Shown: in pieces, positions 33,363 through 46,800 of the stretch
How positions within the stretch are numbered: the first letter of the stretch is position 1
Layout: each line of letters opens with the position of its first letter
Origin: Anthoceros angustus
Taxonomy: Eukaryota; Plantae; Anthocerotophyta
Direction of reading: 5' to 3'
Length of the DNA stretch: 64,000 nucleotides
NCBI GenBank assembly: GCA_010909165.1
Contig: MU008204.1
Span: 265,810-329,809 of the forward strand
Made by a program: the position numbers and the translations under genes
The notes under the pieces: generated by a model
Databases searched by the model: none
What the model was told of the DNA's origin: nothing
What the model saw: only the letters and a program-made list of their open reading frames with translations

Positions 33363-34560
33363 GAAATTTGTGAGCAGGCCAGCAGGGTGTGTTGATTCAG
33401 ACTTCTCTGAAGTTCGACCCCAACCATGTGGAGGATTTCATACAGTTTTTGGTGTCTGCCAAGAGGTGGCAGGAACAAGTTGGCTCGGTGTGTGAATTAT
33501 GAGACCTTCCAGTCTGTGAAGGCAACACCAGGCAACAGCGCTAGCTGTGGCTGGAGTTGTGCCACTTGCTCACCACCCATGCGCCCGGTTGATGGTTGAT
33601 GCTATCATTCGTAGCGGGGATTCATAAGTTAAGTTTACTGATGAGGCCTACCTAGGTCGACTTTGGACAGCTCTTGCAGACTACTACATCCGTAGAAGCT
33701 TTTTTGAGAAAGCCAGAGATGTGTATGAAGAGGAGCGATGACGACTGTGATAACTGTGACACATTTCACTCTCATTTTGATGCCTGCACTCAATTTGAGG
33801 ACAGCTAGGATGGAGACAATGGATGTGGGGCATCCCACGACTTGGAAGAGTAGGATGTGGCCGCATCGGAGGCAGACGGGGAGCTTGACAATAAGAAGGA
33901 AAAACAGGGCTGCTTCTCTTCCTTCAAACAGTGGCAGAGCTGGTGTGGGAGCGCGCGCGAGCTTCTGCTTCTGTCAAACTTCTGGTTGAAGGATGATAAC
34001 GATGTCGACATAAGGCTGGATCGCCGGCCAGAAGTGGTAAGCAGTGTTCCTCAGGCAAAATCCACACAATGTGCATGAAATGGCATAAGAGAGCGGAGCT
34101 TTTCAAGGATAACCCAGCCAAGCAGATGCTTACATTCACAGAAGCTGTCAACACTGTGGGCAAGCCATGTGACATACGCTATGGATGGCCTTTGCCCATT
34201 TGTACGAAGCCCACAACGATCTTGAGAATGTAAGGTGATTCTCGATAAGGCCGTGCAAGACAGTTGATGATCTGGCTACCGTGTGGTGTGACAGGGCAGG
34301 GCAGGGCAGGGCAGGGCAGAAATTTCAAAGGTGCTCTGGAACTAATGAGACGTGCAGCTGCTGAGCCTAATGCTGCAGTGAGGAGGAAAGGTAAGCACTT
34401 TGTGGGCGGCTAGTCATGCACATGCACGTGAACAAGAAGTTGGACATATCTGATGAGGAGTGTATATCTTGTTCTGTAATCTTGTGCTCGTGGACTGCTT
34501 ACAGTTGCTGCAGATGGCGAAGAGCCAGTTGAGATGAAGCCCTGTGGACAGCTTCTACGT
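33363..34560 (+). pseudogene. SYF1: pre-mRNA splicing factor SYF1/XAB2 fragment with one retained intron (34391-34504)
   Basis: Across frames: LWLELCHLLTTHA, VDAIIR.G, FTDE..GRLWTALADYYIRR, FEKARDVYEE, NFWLKDDNDVDIRL, LRQNPHNVHEWHKR, DDLATVWC, NFKGALELMRRAAAEP and VAADGEEPVEMK. Confidence 0.9.
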
Positions 34561-35581
34561 TGGCAGGAAATCAGAAATTCTGTTAACGTTGCCGAACCCT
34601 AGGCAAACAGCCTGGTCATTCTGTTGACTACAGGTGATGAAATCTAATCTTTTGGATGTTGGTCCTCCTCATGTAGAGCTCCAAAGAGCGACACCTAGGC
34701 TAGGCTAGCCTCACGCATATCACTGCCGAGTTTCCGCACAACACCAATAGTGATGTTGTGGCTCATCCCCTTCTGTCCCTTGCATGATCTCAAACAGACG
34801 ACAAGCTTTTCCATGGACTCTTGCCATTGTTGCTCAGGTCATTATGCATGAATCAAAGTTTGAAGCTGATGATACGGGGTTCAGTTCCGTTCCTCCCACC
34901 GTGACGGTTCAACGCTCACTCAAATTAACACTCTTCGCACACAGCTTTCAAAAGAGAGTTAGTTATACACTACAAGATTGACCTCTGCTTGCTTCTTCCG
35001 GTCGCTGGCCGAACAAGCTGTAGGCTCCATTAAGACGTCCAATCTTTCCCGAGACAAATCTATTCAAGTGCAGAGAGCTTATAAGGAACAGCAGACGGCG
35101 TTGCCTGCCTGAGCTTCATTTCTTCAAAGAGCAAGATTGAACTTGCTTGCTTTTGCAAGACCACGGTCGTCTGAACGTATGCGACTGGAGCATGATTCCA
35201 CCCTCTGTTCTCCAAAAACAGACAGGAGGAAAGATTCCTGCACCTGCTTCACATCACATCACATGACAGCAAGCCTTGAGGATAATGTTGTGTGTGATAA
35301 AAACGGAGCAAGCCAAATTCCTCCCCAATGTTGCTAAGCGAGCAGACCCAAAACACCTTGTAATGGATCTGCCTTTTCCAGCGCATGAATATTGCAATGT
35401 GTGGTGTGCACTTGCATTCAGTCTGACTCCTTTTGATGGTGATCATGAGTTGTGAATCACTTGATGCCCTCGAAGTGGCGCAGAATGGAAGTGTCGACCC
35501 GAGCACGCGCTGGAAGGAGGAAAGCCGGCCTCCCCGCCGTTTGCTGATGTGTGTGATCTCCTCAGCATCCACATTGAGGCC

Positions 35582-35618
35582 GCAGGCGCAGGTGCAGGTG
35601 CAGGTGCAGGTGCAGGCG
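35582..35618 (+). repeat. (GCAGGT)n hexamer repeat (also ~42122 and ~48640)
   Basis: Direct reading of the sequence. Confidence 0.85.
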
Positions 35619-36130
35619 GAACGAATGGCCTGGAATTTTGACAGGGACGATCTTGTTCATTGGTTATTAATACTGTAGTTTATTGGTTATTGTGTTGTTA
35701 TTGAGGTCGTGGCATGAAACAATAAACCATATTGATTGCACAGGGGTGTGCACAAGTGTTAATAAAGCGTTTTGTGCCCAGGCTGTAGTACGGCATGGGT
35801 GAGGGTCTGTAGGATACCTCACCGTTAGGTCGTGCAGCCTCGAACTACCTACGGTAGACAGGTCTTCATATCCGTCGTCGGCTGGTCAGAGTGGGAAGCC
35901 GTGGGAAACCGTGTAGCCCGGCCGGCCGGCTGGGTGCACGTGTCAGACGAATGAGCTCCTGGCTATCTATGCCAGGAGTCGACAGCCAGCCGACACTCTG
36001 ACGGATCCCCTTTTCCCATTTGTTTTTTTTTTTGAATCGCCAGACCTGGTTCTGGGGCCCACCAAGCCTCAAACACTTGGCGGGCATGGGCATCTTCCAT
36101 GCCCCAACTCCTACATCTTCACAAGGCACT

Positions 36131-36171
36131 CAGCCTCAAGCCTCAAGCCTCAAGCCTCAAGCCTCAAGCCT
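36131..36171 (+). repeat. (CAAGCCT)n heptamer repeat (also ~42670; shorter at ~49180)
   Basis: Direct reading of the sequence. Confidence 0.85.
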
Positions 36172-36400
36172 CAATTTCCCCTATCTTCAAGTCTTCATAA
36201 GCTTCACAGTTGTGAATGACCATCCAGAACCGCTGCACTACCATCTCTCTCTCGTTTCTCAAGTCCACACTGGTGACACATGAATTTGGCAGTCATTGCA
36301 CATGCCAACGTTTTTCGTGACTAACAAAGGTGTGCCATCAGCCCATTAGCCCACCACATGCCAAGCCCACTTTCTCCGAATCTTCTCTCTTCCTCACACA

Positions 36401-36452
36401 CTTCCTTCCTTCCTTCCTTCCTTCCTTCCTTCCTTCCTTCCTTCCTTCCTTC
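36401..36452 (+). repeat. (TTCC)n microsatellite (also ~42940 and ~49430, progressively shorter)
   Basis: Direct reading of the sequence. Confidence 0.9.
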
Positions 36453-36914
36453 AATACCAACTGAGTTTGTGGAACATGTCCTCCTCCATGCTCATCTTCA
36501 AACTCATGCTCACGCTCCTATCAGCAGCTTTCACCACATGTCACACCCATCTTCCCCTCCCAGTGAGTGAACTTTGATGCAACATTGTCCTGCCTTCGCC
36601 ATCGTCATACCTGCTAACCTGCTGACTTTCTCAACCTTTCTATCCCACCTGCCAACTGCACATACCAACTGGCATTGCGATTGCGAGCTTCCAACTTCAC
36701 GACTTGCTCCAAGCATCGCTGCCCACGCTCTACGTCACCGTGGGAGCTTTCAGGCCAGCACGTTCTCAGCGTCACCTAACTAGCCTGCCCGGCCAAACAC
36801 ATCAACCATGCAATTGTAGTGAGGGTTCCATGGTCATCCATCATCATCCTCGAGTATCGCTGGGCCAGCCCTCCTGCACCGCCACCAGGAGGAGACATAT
36901 GAAAGTGGTCTCAT

Positions 36915-37105
36915 CTCTTGCTGCAGTATGTCTTGAAAACAGTGGATTGCCACGTGGCCATAACCATTCAGGCACGGAGGGAGGCTGTTTGTTTGTTCCA
37001 CACACCGCTGAAGGCCCTGCCCGGGAGCTACAAGCTGTGGTATGCGAGGATGGAGGCTGTGCGCACGCTCCACACCTTCCAGAGGGCTATGGTGGCTACG
37101 CTGCA
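36915..37105 (+). pseudogene. SYF1: SYF1 N-terminal fragment (also ~43455-43640)
   Basis: QARREA...LKALPGSYKLWY...TFQRAMV matches the SYF1 N-terminal HAT repeats. Confidence 0.8.
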
Positions 37106-37271
37106 TGTACTACAGCTGCTATTGTAGGACAGCAGCTGAGAGGCCTTACGCTATGTTGGACTGGATGTTTGGGAGTGCTTTGCCATATCCGTCATGCTCA
37201 TAGCCCAACACTTGAGAACCAGGTTGGAGTCACAGCACCTCCTGGATCGCTGCGTGTACGCAGCGTGAAGC

Positions 37272-40200
37272 CAGCACCAGCATGAGAGGCGCCAGGAAGG
37301 GCAGCAGGAGTTCCGCGGAATCTTGCACGGATTCAGGAGGGAGTTCTTGGCGGACGCCTGGGACGTGGATGAGAGGCAGGTGGACGAGTTCCTTCAGAGC
37401 CAGCAGGGTGTGGGCATCGTCCAGGCTGAACGTGATGTGAGAATCGAAGAGACCCGCGGTAACGCACTGCAGGGCGGGCACCGGGCCAGTCAAACCCATC
37501 TGCGGGAGCACATTGCTAGCGGGGAGTTCGTGTACAACATTCAGGAAGGTTCAGCCGACGTCCGCGTTCGCAATGCTGGCCTCTTCAACACCGCTAACAG
37601 GTTCAAGCTTCCGATTCTCCAGAATGTCAACTTGGGTGCATCATACGGCCGTCTCGAGCCGGTACTTCCTTGTCCCTGTTTTCGCCATTGAATCTGGACG
37701 GCAAGGTCGGGATTCTAATTTTCTGCAATGGCTTTCACCTCACTGCTCCGGCGGCTTGATTGTGTACCTGGAACTGTCTCAGAACGCAATTTTGGCTCCT
37801 CAATGGGCTGTCAACGGCCATATCCTCGTGCACATCCTGAGAGGGTCCGCCAGACTGGAAATTTCTGGCAACGACGGAGAGCGACTCGTGAGCCAGGACA
37901 TCAAGGAAGGTGATGCGTACGTAGTCCACGCTTCTACCCGCACGGCGTCCAGGCTGGAAACGAAGGTTTGGAATGGATTGCCTTCCACACCACAGACCAG
38001 TAAGCTGCTTAGCCATAGCCAATTTGATGCTTCCACCATTATCCAGTGCCGACCCACCATTATCCAGTGCTGACCCAACGTTCTCCTGAACCTGCTCCTG
38101 TTCAGGCCTTTCGTTGAGGCTCTTGCAGGCAGCACATCCGTTTACAGGAACCTCCCGGAAGAGGTGGCAGCTGCAGCCTTCAATGTGGATGTTCACAAGA
38201 TTAGGCAGCTGAGGGAACGCCGGAGGCCAGCTTTCCTTCTTCCAGGACGTGGCCGCGACAACTTCGACAGCTCCTTCCTCCGCTACTTCAAGAGCAGCAA
38301 GTGAAGCGAGCGAGCCTTTCGTAAATGTAGATGAAAACTGAGCGAGATCCTTCCACAAATGTAGATACACTGCAAGCAGGCTTCAGAGCCTTTCTTTGTT
38401 GAGACTTGTTGAGAAATAAATTTTTAGTGTACAAGACTAAAATCTTTGTGAATCCTTCAAGTTGCTGCACTTGGTGCAGTCAAGTCTTCCTTAGAACATG
38501 TTCAGGTTGTGCAGTCTGTCCAGTTTCTGTCCTTGCCTGCATGGGCATCAGTATGGAAGCTGTTGCCAACTGTGTGCCATGCATGCTCTCTCATTCTCCG
38601 TAACTTCACTATTTCCTTCCAGCAATCTGGGCCCTCTAGGGACTCCTGTACCTAGCTGAGAGGATGGTGAAGTATGGCACCTAGGGAATGCTCAGAAACT
38701 TGTCAGAAAGATTTGGTGACCTGGAACGCCATGATGGCAGTGTTCCCAGGCATGGCAGGGGCAAGTAAGCCCTTCAACTTCACGGAGTCATGCATGAGTG
38801 TGCCCCAATTTTGTGACATTTGCGTGTATCCCATGCGTCTGCAAGTTTGGGCACCCCAGCTTTTCAGATGGGGAAGAACGAGAACATCAAATCCAAGTGG
38901 TTTGTACCAGCGGCTTGGTATTGGTGAACATGTTGACACGTTGTGACGTGGAAAGCCATGACAGCGGGGATATTGTTGCATGCTAACGTAGCAGGGTGAG
39001 TTGGACTGCCATCGTGGCAGTGTCTTCCCAAGAGAGCATGGGTCAGGAAGCTTTTCTTCTCTACAGGAGCTAAGCAACAAGAAGGCATGCCCTGAACCCT
39101 TTTCCGCAACTTTCAGTCTTTTGGTATGCAACGTGAACATGGGAGGGAATGGGGATGGGGCTAGAGTTGGCCTGCAAGCTGAAAATGTAATAAGATTCCA
39201 CCAAAACAAAATGTAATCAGAGGAAATTGGGGCTAAAGTTGGCCTACGAGCTGAAATATAACAGACACCTAATCTAACTACTCAGGTCATTCCTGTCAGC
39301 TGACAGATGACATTCACTGTCAGCCGACAGATGATGAGCCCCAGTAGCAGTAGTTGTAGACCAGGTTCTCGATGACCTTGCAGTCCGAAATTTTCTCATT
39401 TTCTGCACTACTAGTGGAACTGAGAGCAAGACACTAGGTTGTTTTCAACACTTTGTTTCCAGGTGCCTAGGCTGATGAAATCTGGCAGAGCTGCATGCTT
39501 GCGACAAGGTAGAACAAAGAGAGCCAGTCTCTGCATGAAGGCCATCTTCAGTGGTTGTTCAATTCACACTGTCAGGAGCTTTCCGGAACACCTGGCTGCC
39601 AAGCACCTGGTGTGGCTACAAGATGCCGCCCATGTTGTGGGACAGTACTAGTGAGACCCAAAGGCCAACGCCGTGTTGAACCGGCACTGGGGCATGTTTG
39701 CCATATCCGGTCATGCTGCCCTCCCGATACTGAGGAAGTGGGTTGCAGTCTGGAGGCAGCATTTGAGTCGATCACTGCGTGACAGCAGCTATCGAGCAAA
39801 CTTGCGGTGTTATCAAATTGGGTACCATACTACTCGTTCGCCGTCCCTTGGCCTTGGCCTTGTCCTGCCTGTGCGCAGCGGTGGGACTGAGCCGAGGTGC
39901 AGCTGGAAATTTGTGAGCAGGCCAGCAGGGTGTGTTGATTCAGACTTCTCTGAAGTTCGACCCCAACCATGTGGAGGATTTCATACAGTTTTTGGTGTCT
40001 GCCAGAGGTGGCAGGAACAAGTTGGCTCGGTGTGTGAATTATGAGACCTTCCAGTCTGTGAAAGGCAACACCAGGCAACAGCGCTAGCTGTGGCTGGAGT
40101 TGTGCCACTTGCTCACCACCCATGCGCCCGGTTGATGGTTGATGCTATCATTCGTAGCGGGGATTCGCAAGTTAAGTTTACTGATGAGGCCTACCTAGGT

Positions 40201-43200
40201 CGACTTTGGACAGCTCTTGCAGACTACTACATCCGTAGAAGCTTTTTGAGAAAGCCAGAGATGTGTATGAAGAGGAGCGATGACGACTGTGATAACTGTG
40301 ACACATTCACTCTCATTTTTGATGCCTGCACTCAATTTGAGGACAGCTAGGATGGAGACAATGGATGTGGGGCATCCCACGACTTGGAAGAGTAGGATGT
40401 GGCCGCATCGGAGGCAGACGGGAGCTTGACAATAAGAAGGAAAAACAGGGCTGCTTCTCTTCCTTCAAACAGTGGCAGAGCTGGTGTGGGAGCGCGCGCG
40501 AGCTTCTGCTTCTGTCAAACTTCTGGTTGAAGGATGATAACGATGTCGACATAAGGCTGGATCGCCGGCCAGAAGTGGTAAGCAGTGTTCCTCAGGCAAA
40601 ATCCACACAATGTGCATGAAATGGCATAAGAGGCGGAGCTTTTCAAGGATAACCCAGCCAAGCAGATGCTTACATTCACAGAAGCTGTCAACACTGTGGG
40701 CAAGCCATGTGACATACGCTATGGATGGCCTTTGCCCATTTGTACGAAGCCCACAACGATCTTGAGAATGTAAGGTGATTCTCGATAAGGCCGTGCAAGA
40801 CAGTTGATGATCTGGCTACCGTGTGGTGTGACAGGGCAGGGCAGGGCAGGGCAGGGCAGAAATTTCAAAGGTGCTCTGGAACTAATGAGACGTGCAGCTG
40901 CTGAGCCTAATGCTGCAGTGAGGAGGAAAGGTAAGCACTTTGTGGGCGGCTAGTCATGCACATGCACGTGAACAAGAAGTTGGACATATCTGATGAGGAG
41001 TGTATATCTTGTTCTGTAATCTTGTGCTCGTGGACTGCTTACAGTTGCTGCAGATGGCGAAGAGCCAGTTGAGATGAAGCCCTGTGGACAGCTTCTACGT
41101 TGGCAGGAAATCAGAAATTCTGTTAACGTTGCCGAACCCTAGGCAAACAGCCTGGTCATTCTGTTGACTACAGGTGATGAAATCTAATCTTTTGGATGTT
41201 GGTCCTCCTCATGTAGAGCTCAAAGAGCGACACCTAGGCTAGGCTAGCCTCACGCATATCACTGCCGAGTTTCCGCACAACACCAATAGTGATGTTGTGG
41301 CTCATCCCCTTCTGTCCCTTGCATGATCTCAAACAGACGACAAGCTTTTCCATGGACTCTTGCCATTGTTGCTCAGGTCATTATGCATGAATCAAAGTTT
41401 GAAGCTGATGATACGGGGTTCAGTTCCGTTCCTCCCACCGTGACGGTTCAACGCTCACTCAAATTAACACTCTTCGCACACAGCTTTCAAAAGAGAGTTA
41501 GTTATACACTACAAGATTGACCTCTGCTTGCTTCTTCCGGTCGCTGGCCGAACAAGCTGTAGGCTCCATTAAGACGTCCAATCTTTCCCGAGACAAATCT
41601 ATTCAAGTGCAGAGAGCTTATAAGGAACAGCAGACGGCGTTGCCTGCCTGAGCTTCATTTCTTCAAAGAGCAAGATTGAACTTGCTTGCTTTTGCAAGAC
41701 CACGGTCGTCTGAACGTATGCGACTGGAGCATGATTCCACCCTCTGTTCTCCAAAAACAGACAGGAGGAAAGATTCCTGCACCTGCTTCACATCACATCA
41801 CATGACAGCAAGCCTTGAGGATAATGTTGTGTGTGATAAAAACAGGAGGCAAGCCAAATTCCCTCCCCAATGTTGCTAAGCGAGCAGACCCAAAACACCT
41901 TGTAATGGATCTGCCTTTTCCAGCGCATGAATATTGCAATGTGGTGTGCACTTGCATTCAGTCTGACTCCTTTTGATGGTGATCATGAGTTGTGAATCAC
42001 TTGATGCCCTCGAAGTGGCGCAGAATGGAAGTGTCGACCCGAGCACGCGCTGGAAGGAGGAAAGCCGGCCTCCCCGCCGTTTGCTGATGTGTGTGATCTC
42101 CTCAGCATCCACATTGAGGCCGCAGGCGCAGGTGCAGGTGCAGGTGCAGGTGCAGGCGGAACGAATGGCCTGAAATTTTGACAGGGACGATCTTGTTCAT
42201 TGGTTATTAATACTGTAGTTTATTGGTTATTGTGTTGTTATTGAGGTCGTGGCATGAAACAATAAACCATATTGATTGCACAGGGGTGTGCACAAGTGTT
42301 AATAAAGCGTTTTGTGCCCAGGCTGTAGTACGGCATGGGTGAGGGTCTGTAGGATACCTCACCGTTAGGTCGTGCAGCCTCGAACTACCTACGGTAGACA
42401 GGTCTTCATATCCGTCGTCGGCTGGTCAGAGTGGGAAGCCGTGGGAAACCGTGTAGCCCGGCCGGCCGGCTGGGTGCACGTGTCAGACGAATGAGCTCCT
42501 GGCTATCTATGCCAGGAGTCGACAGCCAGCCGACACTCTGACGGATCCCCTTTTCCCATTTGTTTTTTTTTTGAATCGCCAGACCTGGTTCTGGGGCCCA
42601 CCAAGCCTCAAACACTTGGCGGGCATGGGCATCTTCCATGCCCCAACTCCTACATCTTCACAAGGCACTCAGCCTCAAGCCTCAAGCCTCAAGCCTCAAG
42701 CCTCAAGCCTCAATTTCCCCTATCTTCAAGTCTTCATAAGCTTCACAGTTGTGAATGACCATCCAGAACCGCTGCACTACCATCTCTCTCTCGTTTCTCA
42801 AGTCCACACCGGTGACACATGAATTTGGCAGTCATTGCACATGCCAACGTTTTTCGTGACTAACAAGGTGTGCCATCAGCCCATTAGCCCACCACATGCC
42901 AAGCCCACTTTCTCCGAATCTTCTCTCTTCCTCACACACTTCCTTCCTTCCTTCCTTCCTTCCTTCCTTCCTTCCTTCCTTCCTTCAATACCAACTGAGT
43001 TTGTGGAACATGTCCTCCTCCATGCTCATCTTCAAACTCATGCTCACGCTCCTATCAGCAGCTTTCACCACATGTCACACCCATCTTCCCCTCCCAGTGA
43101 GTGAACTTTGATGCAACATTGTCCTGCCTTCGCCATCGTCATACCTGCTAACCTGCTGACTTTCTCAACCTTTCTATCCCACCTGCCAACTGCACATACC

Positions 43201-43805
43201 AACTGGCATTGCGATTGCGAGCTTCCAACTTCACGACTTGCTCCAAGCATCGCTGCCCACGCTCTACGTCACCGTGGGAGCTTTCAGGCCAGCACGTTCT
43301 CAGCGTCACCTAACTGGCCTGCCCGGCCAAACACATCAACCATGCAATTGTAGTGAGGGTTCCATGGTCATCCATCATCATCCTCGAGTATCGCTGGGCC
43401 AGCCCTCCTGCACCGCCACCAGGAGGAGACATATGAAAGTGGTCTCATCTCTTGCTGCAGTATGTCTTGAAAACAGTGGATTGCCACGTGGCCGTCACCA
43501 TTCAGGCACGAAGGGAGGCTGTTTGTTTGTTCCACACACCGCTGAAGGCCCTGCCCGGGAGCTACAAGCTGTGGTATGGGAGGATGGAGGCTGTGCGCAC
43601 GCACCACACCTTCCAGAGGGCTATGGTGGCTACGCTGCATGTACTACAGCTGCTATTGTAGGACAGCAGCTGAGAGGCCTAACGCTATGTTGGACTGGAT
43701 GTTTGGGAGTGCTTTGCCATATCCGTCATGCTCATAGCCCAACACTTGAGAACCAGGTTGGAGTCACAGCACCTCCTGGATCGCTGCGTGTACGCAGCGT
43801 GAAGC
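37272..43805 (+). repeat. ~6.5-kb tandem unit 2 (starts with the 3' half of the globulin gene, 37272-38304)
   Basis: Colinear near-identical copy of unit 1. Confidence 0.95.
39906..41100 (+). pseudogene. SYF1: SYF1 fragment, unit 2
   Basis: Copy of 33363-34560. Confidence 0.9.
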
Positions 43806-46800
43806 CAGCACCAGCATGAGAGGCGCCGGGAAGGGCTGCAGGAGTTCCGCGGAATCTTGCACGGATTCAGGAGGGAATTCTTGGCGGACGCCTAGGACGT
43901 GGATGAGAGGCAGGCGGACGAGATTCTGCACAGCCAGCAGGCTGAACGTGATGTGATAATCGAGGACAGCCACGGTAACGCACTGCAGGCCGGGCACCGG
44001 GCCAGCCAGACCCACTTGCGGGAGCACATTGCCAGCGGGGAATTCGTCTACAACATCCGGGAAGGTTCAGCCGACGTCCGCGTTCGCAATGCTGGCCTCT
44101 TCAACACCGCTAACAGGTTCAAGCTTCCGATTCTCCAGAATGTCAACTTGGGTGCATCATACGGCCGTCTCGAGCCGGTACTTCCTGTCCCTGTTTTCGC
44201 CATTGAATCTGGACGGCAAGGTCGGGATTCTAATTTTCTGCAATGGCTTTCACCTCACTGCTCCCGGCGGCTTGATTGTGTACCTGGAACTGTCTCAGAA
44301 TGCAATTTTGGCTCCTCAATGGGCTGTCAACGGCCATATCCTCGTGCACATCCTGAGAGGGTCCGCCAGACTGGAAATTTCTGGCAACAACGGAGAGCGA
44401 CTCGTGAGCCAGGACATCAAGGAAGGTGATGCGTACGTAGTCCCACGCTTCTACCCGCACGGCGTCCAGGCTGGAAACGAAGGTTTGGAATGGATTGCCT
44501 TCCACACCACAGACCAGTAAGCTGCTTAGCCATAGCCAATTTGATGCTTCCACCATTATCCAGTGCCGACCCACCATTATCCAGTGCTGACCCAACGTTC
44601 TCCTGAACCTGCTCCTGTTCAGGCCTTTCGTTGAGGCTCTTGCAGGCAGCACATCCGTTTACAGGAACCTCCCGGAAGAGGTGGCAGCTGCAGCCTTCAA
44701 TGTGGATGTTCACAAGATTAGGCAGCTGAGGGAACGCCGGAGGCCAGCTTTCCTTCTTCCAGGACGTGGCCGCGACAACTTCGACAGCTCCTTCCTCCGC
44801 TACTTCAAGAGCAGCAAGTGAAGCGAGCGAGCCTTTCGTAAATGTAGATGAAAACTGAGCGAGATCCTTCCACAAATGTAGATACACTGCAAGCAGGCTT
44901 CAGAGCCTTTCTTTGTTGAGACTTGTTGAGAAATAAATTTTTAGTGTACAAGACTAAAATCTTTTGTGAATCCTTCCAAGTTGCTGCACTTGGTGCAGTC
45001 AAGTCTTCCTTAGAACATGTTCAGGTTGTGCAGTCTGTCCAGTTTCTGTCCTTGCCTGCATGGGCATCAGTATGGAAGCTGTTGCCAACTGTGTGCCATG
45101 CATGCTCTCTCATTCTCCGTAACTTCACTATTTCCTTCCAGCAATCTGGGCCCTCTAGGGGACTCCTGTACCTAGCTGAGAGGATGGTGAGTATGGCACC
45201 CTAGGGAATGCTCAGAAACTTGTCAGAAAGATTTGGTGACCTGGAACGCCATGATGGCAGTGTTCCCAGGCATGGCAGGGCAAGTAAGCCCTTCAACTTC
45301 ACGGAGTCATGCATGAGTGTGCCCCAATTTTGTGACATTTGCGTGTATCCCATGCGTCTGCAAGTTTGGGCACCCCAGCTTTTCAGATGGGGAAGAACGA
45401 GAACATCAAATCCAAGTGGTTTGTACCAGCGGCTTGGTATTGGTGAACATGTTGACACGTTGTGACGTGGAAAGCCATGACAGCGGGATATTGTTGCATG
45501 CTAACGTAGCAGGGTGAGTTGGACTGCCATCGTGGCAGTGTCTTCCCAAGAGATGGGTCAGGAAGCTTTTCTTCTCTACAGGAGCTAAGCAACAAGAAGG
45601 CATGCCCTGAACCCTTTTCCGCAACTTTCAGTCTTTTGGTATGCAACGTGAACATGGGAGGGAATGGGGATGGGGCTAGAGTTGGCCTGCAAGCTGAAAA
45701 TGTAATAAGATTCCACCAAAACAAAATGTAATCAGAGGAAATTGGGGCTAAAGTTGGCCTACGAGCTGAAATATAACAGACACCTAATCTAACTACTCAG
45801 GTCATTCCCTGTCAGCTGACAGATGACATTCACTGTCAGCCGACAGATGATGAGCCCCAGTAGCAGTAGTTGTAGACCAGGTTCTCGATGACCTTGCAGT
45901 CCGAAATTTTCTCATTTTCTGCACTACTAGTGGAACTGAGAGCAAGACACTAGGTTGTTTTCAACACTTTGTTTCCAGGTGCCTAGGCTGATGAAATCTG
46001 GCAGAGCTGCATGCTTGCGACAAGGTAGAACAAAGAGAGCCAGTCTCTGCATGAAGGCCATCTTCAGTGGTTGTTCAATTCACACTGTCAGGAGCTTTCC
46101 GGAACACCTGGCTGCCAAGCACCTGGTGTGGCTACAAGATGCCGCCCATGTTGTGGGACAGTACTAGTGAGACCCAAAGGCCAACGCCGTGTTGAACCGG
46201 CACTGGGGGCATGTTTGCCATATCCGGTCATGCTGCCCTCCCGATACTGAGGAAGTGGGTTGCAGTCTGGGCAGCATTTGAGTCGATCACTGCGTGACAG
46301 CAGCTATCGAGCAAACTTGCGGTGTTATCAAATTGGGTACCATACTACTCGTTCGCCGTCCCTTGGCCTTGGCCTTGTCCTGCCTGTGCGCAGCGGTGGG
46401 ACACAGAGCCGAGTGCAGCTGGAAATTTGTGAGCAGGCCAGCAGGGTGTGTTGATTCAGACTTCTCTGAAGTTCGACCCCAACCATGTGGAGGATTTCAT
46501 ACAGTTTTGGTGTCTGCCAAGAGGTGGCAGGAACAAGTTGGCTCGGTGTGTGAATTATGAGACCTTCCAGTCTGTGAAAGGCAACACCAGGCAACAGCGC
46601 TAGCTGTGGCTGGAGTTGTGCCACTTGCTCACCACCCATGCGCCCGGTTGATGGTTGATGCTATCATTCGTAGCGGATTCGCAAGTTAAGTTTACTGATG
46701 AGGCCTACCTAGGTCGACTTTGGACAGCTCTTGCAGACTACTACATCCGTAGAAGCTTTTTGAGAAAGCCAGAGATGTGTATGAAGAGGAGCGATGACGA

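Larger units (their letters stand above)
30733..37271 (+). repeat. ~6.5-kb tandem unit 1
   Basis: Period 6539 bp relative to unit 2, from the anchor cagcaccagcatgag at 30733, 37272 and 43806. Confidence 0.95.
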
